A stretch of DNA of 38,055 bases from Gonapodya sp. JEL0774 (lineage: Eukaryota). The notes under the pieces are model-generated. The model was given only the letters and a program-made list of their open reading frames with translations. It was not told where the DNA came from and made no database searches. Of the stretch, positions 22,648-33,951 are shown in pieces. The stretch lies in contig JADIIX010000178.1 in assembly GCA_027604505.1 (NCBI GenBank), positions 1-38,055 on the forward strand, given 5' to 3'. Made by a program: the position numbers and the translations under genes. Each line of letters opens with the position of its first letter. Positions within the stretch are counted from its first letter, which is position 1.

Positions 22648-25600
22648 CTAAAGAGAGCCCGCTCCTCGTAAGGCGCCGAACACCTTGACGAGTGCATGAT
22701 TGACCTTCTTGTGCTCGTCGTCAAAAGGAGCCTTGCACAAAGGACATTCCCTTTTCCCCGCGCTTTTGATCCCTCTCGACGTGCAGTCCTTGCATATGTT
22801 GTGTCCGCAGGGAATCATGACTTTCAGTTGGAGGGATGGTGATAAAATGAGTGGGAGGCGTAGCAAAAGAACATAATGGTAAAGACGCGCTATGTAAACA
22901 CTTACAAGGCTCGTTGACCATATCGAAACAGACCGGACACTCAAACTCCTTTTCCAATATCTCGAAAAACTCCTTGAGGTTCGACACTTCAAATGACAGT
23001 ACATCCTCCCAGACTTTGGCGTCCCGGACGTCTGCCGCGATGAGTGCTAATACGTTTTCGGGCGGCTTGTACTTTTGGACGGGAGCGCTGCCTTCGTCGT
23101 AGTCGGCCGACTTGCCTGAATTTGTGCCACCCGTTTTACGTTTCTTACTGGCGGCGACACCAGAGGCTCCGTTGGCTTCTTCCTCAACACCAGATCCTTC
23201 CTCATCTTCATCCTCGTCTGCCTTTCGTTTCTTGGAGCCGGTCTCATCACCACCTTCGAATGAATAGATAAAGTCAAGGCGAACTCCCCTACCACCTTTC
23301 TTAGACCGGTTTTGTTTCTTCTCACCGAGTCCATTTCCTCGGTCGATCTTCTTCAGCCCCAAATCCTTGATTCTCTGTTGCCCTTCTGGGGTCTGCATTT
23401 CAAGCCATTGGGAAGTTCGCCAACAAAGTCAGTACTCTCCACACTTCCATGGTGCCTCAACCACATTTACACATACCCAAGGTGCAGGTGCAGGATCGTC
23501 CCTTCTGAACTCGTACCTCCAGCAGAGGAAGCCCTTTGCGTTCCTCTCAGGCCAGTACTGCAGTTAGATCAAATGTCGGAGTCACTTGTGGTTTATCCTG
23601 AATCGCACACACAGACCCCCACTCACCCGAACAAGCTTGTATATCCCATCGTACCTGAATCCGTCCTCTTTTGGAACATACTCTATCCCTCTCTGTTTCT
23701 TTGTGGCCTCTTTTATCATCTTGGAACTGCGGAGGACCCGAATCGGACGGGATTTTTTCCAGTTACTGAACGTGAGCATGACACACATGAGAGACAAATC
23801 ACCAAGGCGCAGCAAGACAAAAAGAGATATTAATAACAGGTAATACATCGGATAAAAGAAAGCAAGAACAGTAGCAACAAGCAACTGCGAATTGAATGGG
23901 AATTCTCACATGGCTGTTGCTCCGTTGACATCATCAACCTTTTTAGCGTCACAAGTAACGGCGATGCTACGCATTGACCCGCGACGGGGGTTGGCGATTA
24001 TCCACAGTTAGTTGCAGGACCGAGGCGAAAGTAACTTCGGTATGAGAACCCCACAACACACTCACGACAGGTTTCCTTTGAGCAGCTGCTGGTCTGAGTC
24101 CTGCTCCTTTGTGCGCCGGTTGCCCTCTTTCAAGTTACGTCCACCTGATCCCGTGTCTGAATGGTGCAGAAAAGAGTTTGATAATTGCGATGTTACTTCC
24201 CAGGTCAGGCATTCGTTCAAACTGCCCCTCATAACAACTCACAGGTGAAAGTATCCCCATTGTCCTCATCCTCGGGATACCTGCCACATGAATGATCGGT
24301 AGACAATCAGTCCAGATCCGACTAAGTCCCGGGCCACGCTCAGCGGTGTACCCACCCGCCTGACAACACAATACTCCTACAACCTTGTTTGGCCGTGCCC
24401 GCAATACCTCCCACAACTGGTCCGTGGACCCCATCTTCACTCACGCCCACTCTGTACCGCCACATTTGGCCCACTTCGATACCTGGTACTGGGCCAATGT
24501 GGTCTCGTTTAACGACAGTAGAAATTTTGGAGCGCCCAGCTGTAGCCATGCCGCCACCCCAACGCTTGGCCTTGGTGAAGGAAGTTGGCAAACAATACAA
24601 TGCGAATACGGAAGTTTAAGCCTTGTTCTAGTCACCATACTCAGCAATCTAATTGTGTTGTGTGACCCACCGATTGTGCGCCCTTACTCTGAGCCTTCTT
24701 ACTTCCAACGCCACCAACCTCATTTACGACTTTGTTTTTGTTGCGACAGTCAGGACAGTACCACTCTTCTTGTTCCTTGATACTGTCCCATTCAGATTCG
24801 TCGGGGGTGTCGGGAAGGCATTTAAGGTGGTGCCAGCTGTGAGAGGTGACCATTGACCAAATTCAAGCGTCGGAGGTGAACAAGTGGTGGGGACCAAAAC
24901 ACACGCCATCAAGCGACACTCACTACTGGCACTCATCGCACAGCATACAGTTAGCCGAATCTTCATCCACACCACATATGGAGCAGTTGCATTCCTTACA
25001 TTTGCGGCCAGGTTTCTGATAAAATGAGCCCAGTGCACAAATATCAGGGAGACCCATCAACGAGCCAGACGATGGTGGGTGGCGGAGGGATACGAGGAAC
25101 TTCTTTGAGCTTCATCCGACAGAACGCGCACGACCTCGGTCGCAGCAAAGGGGGGAAACCAAAATCACGCAAAAGAGAAACGCTTCTCACCTTCTTACAC
25201 TTATCACACCTCTCCTCCTCCTCCTGTAACTGCTCCGCCAACTTTCGATCCTCCCCACGTTCGTCGTCTCCCTCACCTTTTCTAGTATCCCCTGTGGATC
25301 CTCCAACCTCTCCATCCCCCTCGCTCTCACCCTCACCTACTTTCGCTTTCCGCTTCCATTTACCGGACACTTGCCCATTCCCTTCCCCCTCACCGGACTC
25401 GACAGCTACAGCCACATCACCAGCACCACCCTCCTCTACATCTCCGTCCACATCCATCTCGGCAGGTAAGTCCTGTTCATCCCGGGCGAGTGGTATGAAG
25501 CCTTTTGGGCGGACTTGGATGGTAATGGTGTGAGTGTGCTGAGGGTTGGGAACAAGTGGGGTAGAACGTTCAGAGAAGCAAAGATGGGGATGTGAACCCA

Positions 25601-27232
25601 TAAGTAAGAGAGCCACAATCGGCAAGCCCCCACCCGAGTGATAATAATAATAAGAACACATGACGCGCCGCTCTACGATCTGATGACAATACACGTCGTC
25701 CGCTCGAAGTCCAGCGTACCTTGATATTATACATGAACAAGGTAGCAGGTTTCCCGTCCCGGTCGAGGTCGTTAAGCTGAAACAGATGGCCAGTGAAGAG
25801 TTAGGTTGTGGGAGTGATCAAGAGTGAGAATAGAAAGGGAGTGATCAGAACAGAGCATGGAGTGCGTGTACGTGTCCTCTTGGCTCCACGCCAGAGTCTC
25901 TACATCCAAATCACTCATCCCTAATTTTCATCCACGATACATGAACAACGCACTACCAACTCTGTTCGACAGGCTGTGCCCTGCTGAGTTCCGCCGACCG
26001 TGCGGGCACCTTTGAACCGGGTACCACGCGAGCTCTTCGAAAGCTCGTCCAGTGACTTCATTCAACCTCCATTTAAGCCTCGAGATCCGTGCGTTGCTTT
26101 CACACCAATCGCAAAGCCACCAAACTCCTCGTTGCAGAAAGGAAATCATGCAAGCAGTCCATCTCCTCTTTAGCCCCAACTCACAATTTTACCCATGTAC
26201 ACTATTCTGATTCTCTCTGGCTCAATGTGCCCGTCAGCTGTTCCCGTTGCACTTCCGTCTGGTGCCTGAACCTCTCCGAGCCCGTGCTCCATCAGCACCG
26301 TGGCAATGGTCGATCGAATCTCGGAAATAGGAGTCTAGTTGTGTTGTGAGACGGAAGGAGAGGTGAGACGGGGAAACTGCACATCTGGACGATTCGAATA
26401 CGGATTCCCGACGACTGGTATCGGTTTTTCTGCTTTCATGCAGAGCCCCCAAACCCAATCACTGGAACTCATTTCAAAGGGTCTAGTGCTAAGCCAAAGG
26501 CCTCTCCTATCCGGATGTTGACGTCGATATTGATCGACGCACTGCCAGAGCGAAACTTCTTTCCACCCGTTCGCTGCCCCGAAGATCACACCATCAAACG
26601 TGCAACAAAAACTTAGCACTCACCTGGGGGTGGCTAAATGGTATACGGAGTTTTTCGGTCTCCTTCCCCCCTGCATACATCGCCATGACGAATGATTTGG
26701 GTTTGGCCGGTGCGGGAGGACTTTTTGGTGCGGCCTTTCTGGCATTCGAGGTGCTTTTCGTGGCCCGAGGTTTGGATGCGTTCTTCGATTTCGTTGGAGT
26801 GGTTTGTGACGGTGGGGGATTTAGGGAGGAACGCTCATCCTCGGGAAGGTTCTTGGCCGGTTTGACTCTGGCTCGTGATTTGGCACTGGTAGTGGCAGAT
26901 GCCGTTGACGGGCCGGATCGAGATTCACGAGCTCGGGGCTGTGGAGTGTCGGGGGAATCCGCGTCGGGCATGTCCTCGTCGTTGTCCGAGTGGCCCTTGT
27001 TCTCCACAACGGGATCCGAGCCCATGTCCGCGTTTTCGTTAGAATCAGCATCAGATAGATCTGAATCGTCAACAATGCGAGTGACAGGCTTTGAACGGGA
27101 TCTGGAATTGGATTTTGCTTTGGACTTTGCAACACTGGCACTTGTTCGAGCTGAGGGCATTCTTCTCCCTGATTTGGGCACTTGAAAATCGTTTTCCGAT
27201 GAGAGATCCGGAGGATCGTCGGTAGGAGCCAT
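22648..27232 (-). CDS. UHRF1: UHRF1-like E3 ubiquitin ligase (disordered N-terminus, UBL, MIU-like helix, pre-PHD/PHD, SRA/YDG, RING)
   Basis: Exons 27232-26624, 26334-26185, 25776-25720, 25538-25191, 25015-24924 and further exons join in frame. [13 protein letters not shown]...[15 protein letters not shown]...[42 protein letters not shown]...MLCDECQYWHHLKCL...[106 protein letters not shown]...[10 protein letters not shown]...ECPLCK. Confidence 0.93.
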
Positions 27233-27650
27233 TGATTCAAGTTAAAACTGGCGAGAATCAATGCCTGAAGTGAATGCTTGAAAATCAATGGGGTGGAGGT
27301 GGCGCAGACGGACGCTGAGCACCCGTGATTCGCTGGGAAGGGGAGACTATTAATTTTGACTCGGAAAGTAGCTGCTACGGGGTTTGTTTTGATGTTCTCA
27401 TGATTGCATTGCTGCTCCTTCACCTCTTTTCTCACTATTAGTTGCCAACCCTGCGCCGTAATGAAATATTTGCACCAACGAATGAGTTCAATCCTGAAGA
27501 ACAATTTGAACTCAACATCCCCAGGCGCGGGAAACACAATATATAGCTGAAAACAACTACCAGGTGCTTTGGGGATGGAGCATCAACAGAAAAAGTGCAC
27601 GTCACTCTACAGTTTCGAAAACAAAGAGGCTTGCAGCACCATTACACACC

Positions 27651-29470
27651 TCAAATGCTGCTCACACTTATGGATGATGTCGAATCAGCGGAAGTCGATC
27701 GGCGTGGTGCGATGGCTGTTGACCCAGGTGTCGAAAGCGGCGGCCCAAGCGCAAGACAATCACTGAAAAACAATGTAAGTCTGGGCGCACTCAGTTCTTA
27801 AAGTGTAGAACTTACAGAGGGAGGATCGCGTTCCTTTCATTTGTTTGCTGCAACACGAAGAGTGAGTTGCTTCTCCTCTCTGACATAAAAGTTTCAATAT
27901 CTTGCCTACATTAACACCCACGCCCCAGCCTTCCGGGTGAATAATTTTTAAATCAAATTTGTCACCCTGTAAAATATATAAATATGCATCGATAGTGCGC
28001 TCCAGAGGATTGAACATACCACGGAGACTGATCCGGACCCATCAGAGTACTGTTTGAATATTTGATGATCATCTTGTCAGACACACACTGTTGCGACAAA
28101 AAAGCTGAATTACCGGATGCAAGACGGGAAGCGGCGGGCCAGAATAGCTCAGCGGGCTGTTTTGGGGATCTGCCACGCCGGCAGCATTTTGAGTGTAAAA
28201 CCACTGGTGTTGTTTGGATTCGATTAGGTAGTAAACAAACCCCAAAACGCTTCGAAGAGCGACCTACATGTGCGGGCGATACGTAACTCGAATAACTACG
28301 GGGGGCTCCTGTTCCCGCAGACCGAGGATCAGTAGATGGTGTGTCATTTTCGGAGGAATCTGACTCAAAGAGGGAGATTCTAGTGGTCGGTCCGAATGTA
28401 ACAACGGGTCTCTGTCGTGCCCCAGTTCCCATTGTGTCGGTCCCCAACACTGCTGGGTCATATAGCGGGGCTGGCGACGTTTCGGATCCTGGAAACAAGA
28501 ATTGGGTTCCCTGCGGGATCCATGGGAATACTCGGGACATGAGCGTGGGAGGAGGATAGACCAGCGACGTCTGCCCCGCGTTTCCGACGGTCGACCCTTC
28601 CGATCCCGGAAACAGCATTCTTCCAAACGTTGGAGGAGGAGGAGAAAACGATATCTGTCCGGCGTTTGAGACGGTCGACCCTTCCGATCCCGGAAACATC
28701 ATTCTTGGAAGCAATGGAGGAGGAGGAACTGGACGTTGATAGATCCGTGCTTCTTGACCATGTGTGCCTCCGTCCAACAATTCTGCCTCATCTGGGGCGA
28801 CTGGGACACGACGGTAATTGGGGTCTCCTGTCAAGGTAACCCGCAACAAAAAAGCGGCCAATGCCATTGCTGCAGTAGCTGCCCCTACGCCATAGGCAAG
28901 CGCCTGCGACGCCGTGGCAAGTCTCAGACACGTCGCTACCAACAGGGCCGCCCTTGAAAACGTGGCGACAATCTCGAGTGTACGCCGGTAATAGCGCGCT
29001 CTGTGGACCAGTCGTCTGATAGAATATACGAGGAGGAGCGCTGACATGGTGAGTGCGGTGAGCGACAAAGCAAGGGTCACACCCAGGGCGACGAGCGCGG
29101 GGAGGTTGCGATCGTCGTCCGGTTCCAGCTGAAAAATCGAGGCAGTGGCCACCGATGCGATGAAAGTGGAGATGAGCGAGTTCGCCGTGGCGGCCTGACG
29201 GTAGTAGTCCACGGCCTCGTGCTGGAGATCCCTCGCTTCCTGTTTGCCGGCGGGCGGTGAGCCAGCGGCTTGCACAGCGGACATACGATTCCACAGAGTT
29301 CCGGCGAGCTCGTTGATGAGACGATTATCATTGTTGTTTGCGCGGGTGGCGGTCTGGTCGAGCGTTTGGGTCAGCCGCCGGATCGCTTCGGTGAGCTCGC
29401 GGGCGCGATCGTCTCCGAAAGTCGTCGCGCCGTTCGAAACTGCGTTTGAGGTTGAGTTTGTGTCTCCCAT
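27651..29470 (-). CDS. Membrane protein with about 4 TM helices, Pro-rich linker and divergent C-terminal SH3-like domain (paralog 1)
   Basis: ATG at 29470 (MGDTNSTSN, the same start as paralog 2). Several hydrophobic segments. Small 3' exons give LPVLHPYSDGSGSVSVGDKFDLKIIHPEGWGVGVNQTNERNAILPLDCL, which has SH3-like GD..GW.G.N..P spacing. Stop at 27653-27651. Confidence 0.7.
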
Positions 29471-31426
29471 TTCGGTTTCGGACGGCTTTGTTTTGGTGAA
29501 ACGGGATGGATGGTTAAGTTCACTCAGTGTTGCTGTGGCAGCTGGCTGAGACCAACAACAATCCCTCACAACTTCGCCGGCAATAACGTCAACGGGACGG
29601 CACGCCCGTCTCAAATTTGCTAAGTATTGCTACCGGCAGGTTCTCCCCTCTCCTTGTAACATCTGCCTTTAAAAGAATGATAACATGTAGAAATAGCAAA
29701 CAACAACCCATTACCCTACTTACATCCCACTCATCTCGAACCACTCACGTCCCACTCATCACTTTCCTTACCAAACCTATTCGGCACTGTTTCTGCTTTC
29801 AAGACCTCTCATATCTCTCAACTCTCACGATGGGTACTTCTCACCCTTCACTCTGACATGCATCCCCTCTCTATACTATCATACACTAATAGTTCCCCAC
29901 GCATCCAACTCTCCTCGTAGGTTCGAACACATAACACATAGGTACGAAGCTATCGCATTGTCAACCGAATAATCGGTTTTCGACTCCTGAATCCGCCCCG
30001 GCGACCACTCTTCAACCCTTATCACACACACCACGTTCACGTCCATTTCACCCCTTTACTTTCCACCTCTTGGTCTCGACTCTCAGTGAATAAAACGTTG
30101 AAGTGGTTCTCGGAGGTGCAAAATGAGGAAAGGTGTTTATAAAGGAATATTTCAAGGTTTTGAATGGGACTTTGAGAGATGAGATAGAACCAAGGATTTC
30201 ACCAGTATTGTGCAACTAACTTCAATGCACAAAGGTAAATTACATGTAGGAGACAAATGTTGAGGGTTTGGGAAACGCTTGTAAAGTGCTTGAATCGGTT
30301 GAGATATAAAGTATTGTGTGTACATTATCCAGGGAAAGATGGTGTGGAAGGCACATTGAGCATGAAATAAAATGACTGTTACGCACGTCCAGTCTATGGC
30401 TCTTATTCACCGATGCGTATATCTGTTGGTCTTGGCTGGGCAAAACGAGAGACAGGGTGGAGGGGTATGTACAGGGAGGAGGGCAATTTGTCCCAGGGCG
30501 AGAATGGAACGGACTCATGGTGTGAGTGACATGGCTGACCAGAACTTGCAAAGTGATGCACACGATGAGGTGAAAGACCAGAGGGGCTTCGCGACTGTCT
30601 GCTTTCATCGTGAATATCGGGCCTCGACGTCTGACCCACACCTCCAATTCAATGAGCTATACATGTATGGTTTCACACAAGCAGATGATCTGGTCTTTTA
30701 CAAGGGGGAAAGGAGGCCATGACCCCATGTTAGATACAAAGGAAGGTAAAAGTAGGTGATATTTCCTGTTTTCTCGCTACATTGCCGGCAGCCGGCAGGC
30801 CCGGTTGAGAAGCTCGGTGCTTACCGAGTCAATCAACGTGACGCGATGAGAGAAGAGTGGATCGGGTGAAGGTAATGTGGGAAGGGGTGGATGGGGGAAC
30901 ATTCTAGGGGAGTAGAGTGTCTGGGTGCTTGACAGTAGTAATAGTTTGTGTGCGATGGACAGCCGAGCAACGCATGCTATGTGTTCTGGTGTTTGCGTCG
31001 TATCAGGAAATGTGGACAGGAAGTTGGGAGAGTGGAGAGCGGTGGGAGTGAATGGGGAGCGACGGAGATTTAGGGGTTTTGGTGTCCGCATCGATCACTA
31101 AGAATCACGTAAACGCTCACTCTATTACACCATTGTTGCTCAGAACAATCGGAGCACGGTGGATGTACTTTACACTTAGATCAATGCAACCGACCAATCC
31201 CTCGTCATTTCATATGTAGTAGTTGGCAATCAAGCGCAGCAAGAGAGTTGCAACAACGAACTTGTCTTGTCACCATTTAAACCTAGATAAGAATTAGGAC
31301 TCAGTATCCCCAGGCCGGGAAACAAAATCTATAGCTTGTACTTTGGTATGGAGCATTCAAAAGAAAAAATGCCACAACTCACTCTTTAGTTTCAAAATAA
31401 AGAGGCTTGCAGTACCATTACACACC

Positions 31427-33155
31427 TCAAATACTGCTCACACTTATGGATGATGGCGGAGGTCGATCGGCATGGTGTGATGGCTGCTGACCCAGTGCGA
31501 GACGGTTACTGAAAAACAATATGAGTCTGGGTACACTCAGTTCTTGAATTTAGCACTTACAGAGGGAATGATACGTCCTCTCTAGTGGTTTGCTGCAACC
31601 ATAAAAGAGAGTGAGTTATGTAGTCTCCTATCTGACGCAAACATTTCAATATGTTGCCTACATTTATACCCCTGCCCCAGCCATTCGAGAAAATGAGTTT
31701 AATATCAATCATGTCACCCTGTAAAAGAGACAAGTAAACAAAATCGATCTTGCGGTCCAGAGGATTGAACAAACCACAGAGAGTAATCCCGACGGACCAG
31801 AGAACTGCGTTGAAAGTTTGATTAACATCTTGTCAAACGCATACTGTTGCGAAAAAAATGCTGAATTACCGAATGCTTGACGGGACGCGGCGGGCCAGAA
31901 TAGCTCAGCGGGCCGTTTTGGGGATCTGCCACTCCGGCAGCATTTAGAGTGTAAAACCACTGGTGTTGTTTGGATTCGATGAGGTAGTGAAACAAACCCC
32001 AAAACGCTTCGAACAGCGACCTACATGTGCGGGCGATACGTAACTCGAATAACTACGGGGGGCTCCTGTTCCCGCAGACCGAAGATCAGTAGATGGTGTG
32101 TCATTTTCGGAGGAATCTGACTCGCAGAGGGAGATTCTCGTGGTCGGCCCGAATATAACAACAGGGTTCTGTACTGCCTGAGTTCCCATTGTGTCGGTCC
32201 CTGACACTGCTGATTTAATTAACGATGCTCGCTCAAAAGCTTGTATTGGCGATGATTCTGCTCCTGGAAACAAGAAATTGGTTCGCTCTTGGATCCATGG
32301 GAACCGTTGGGACATGGCCGAGGGAGGAGGATTGACCAGCAATGTCTGTCCAGCGTTTGAGACGGTCGACCCTACCAATCCCGGAAACATCATTCTTGGA
32401 TGCCATGAAGAACCAGGAGGAAGACGAAGGCGTTGATTGATCCGTGTTTCTTTCTCGTCTGCGCCCCCTTGCGACTTTTCTGATTCATCTGGATCTCCCG
32501 CAAACCGCTGATTTTTGGTGTCTCCTGTTAAAACAACCCTCAGCCAAAACGCGGCCAATGCCATGGTCGCAGTGGCTACCCCTACACCCCAAGCAAGTGC
32601 CTGTGACGCCGTTGCGATCCTCAGACACGTCGCTACCAAAAGGGCCGCCCTCGAAAACGTGCCCACGATTTCGAGTGTACGCCGGTAATAGCGGGCTCTG
32701 TGGACCAATCGTCTGATGGAATATACGAGGAGGAGCGCTGACATTGTGAGTGCGGTGAGCGAGAAAGCAAGGGTCACCCCCAGGGCAACGAGCGCGGGGA
32801 AGTTGCGATCGTCGTCCGGTTCCAGCTGAAAAATGGAAGCAGTGGCCACCGATGCGATGAAAGTGGAGATGAGTGAGTTTGCTGTGGCGGCCTGACGGTA
32901 GTAGTCCATGGCCTCGTGCTGGAGGTCCCTCGCTTCCTGTTTGGTTGAACCGGCTTCCACAGCGGACATGCGATTCCAGAGAGTTCCGGCGAGATCGTTG
33001 GTGAGACGATTATCGTTGTTGTTTGCGCGGGGGGCGTTCTGTTCGAGGGTTTGCGTCAGTCGCCGGATGGCTTCGGTGAGCTCTCGGGCGCGATCATCTC
33101 CGAGAGTCGTCGCGCCGTTCGAAGCTGCGTTTGAGGTTGAGTTTGTATCTCCCAT
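31427..33155 (-). CDS. Membrane protein with about 4 TM helices and divergent SH3-like domain (paralog 2)
   Basis: Same exon-intron layout as paralog 1. SH3-like part reads FSGPSGLLSVGDMIDIKLIFSNGWGRGINQTTREDVSFPLNRL. Ends SSISVSSI* at 31429-31427. Confidence 0.7.
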
Positions 33156-33951
33156 GTCGGTTTCGGATGGCTTGGTGGGGTGGAACTGTACCCCCCATCT
33201 CTTTCTGTCTGACCTGGCTGTGGCAGCGTGTGCTGTGGCAGCTCAGCGGACCAAGCAAATCATACTGAGTCCCCATAACTCCACTGCCAAAGCATTGACA
33301 CTTCTGCCCGAGTTGGGCGGGCGCAAAACTGCAATAATTGGCAACGAACTCTTCGTCCGTAACCAGTAACCGGGCAAACGTTCTGGAATAATTGGTAGGC
33401 TCCCGGCCCCTTCCCCCCTCATCTTGTTCTCAAAATCACTGAAAAAAAGAATCAACATGAGAGAGTTTGTGGAAGTAATAAACTGCTCCTTCCTCCTCTT
33501 CCCGTTATTTTTGCACGACTCAGTTAATAGATACACAGTAACAATCTCGTCCAAGAGTGAAAGCCAGGAGTGTGCGGGTGAAAAGGGGGATGAGATTCAA
33601 CCATTGTGCAAACAGCCGTAAGCAGAGGGGTAGGGTGGGAGTGTGGGGCGGAGTGGTGTGACGGAGTGGTGGGTGTGGGTCTCCGCAGGCATGTTGTCGA
33701 TCACGGCAGCAACAGGAATCTAGTCGCTGCACAGCACCGCATCGATTGCCAATCCATTCTCCATTATCCGGTCTCCCACTGACTCGCGACTCAGTCTCAA
33801 CTTAGCCATCGCTTCCACCTCCTGTCATCCCTTCCTGTGAAACCCAATCCCACTTGCGAAGACAGCGCTGCCCACTGAACTCCATTCTACGGACGTTTCC
33901 CCCACCCTCTGGAAGAAAGACAGGAGTTCTATTGCACCTCTCCTGCCAGAG

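Larger units (their letters stand above)
27510..33200. repeat. Tandem gene duplication: about 27510-29500 vs about 31300-33180
   Basis: Long near-identical blocks, including introns and 3' flank (e.g. 28110-28400 vs 31890-32160), separated by about 1.7 kb of unique sequence. Confidence 0.92.

Noticed and set aside
26594..27232. Stand-alone 212-aa disordered protein
   Set aside because: A gtgagt donor at 26623 joins it in frame to the UBL exons, so it is better explained as UHRF1 exon 1.
29471..29614. N-terminal extension of ORF 27962-29614
   Set aside because: It begins at a non-ATG codon and is not conserved in paralog 2; the shared ATG is at 29470.
29620..31250. Unique spacer between the paralogs with short ORFs (e.g. 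30372-30722), possible insertion element
   Set aside because: No terminal repeats, target-site duplication or recognisable protein motif could be found by eye.
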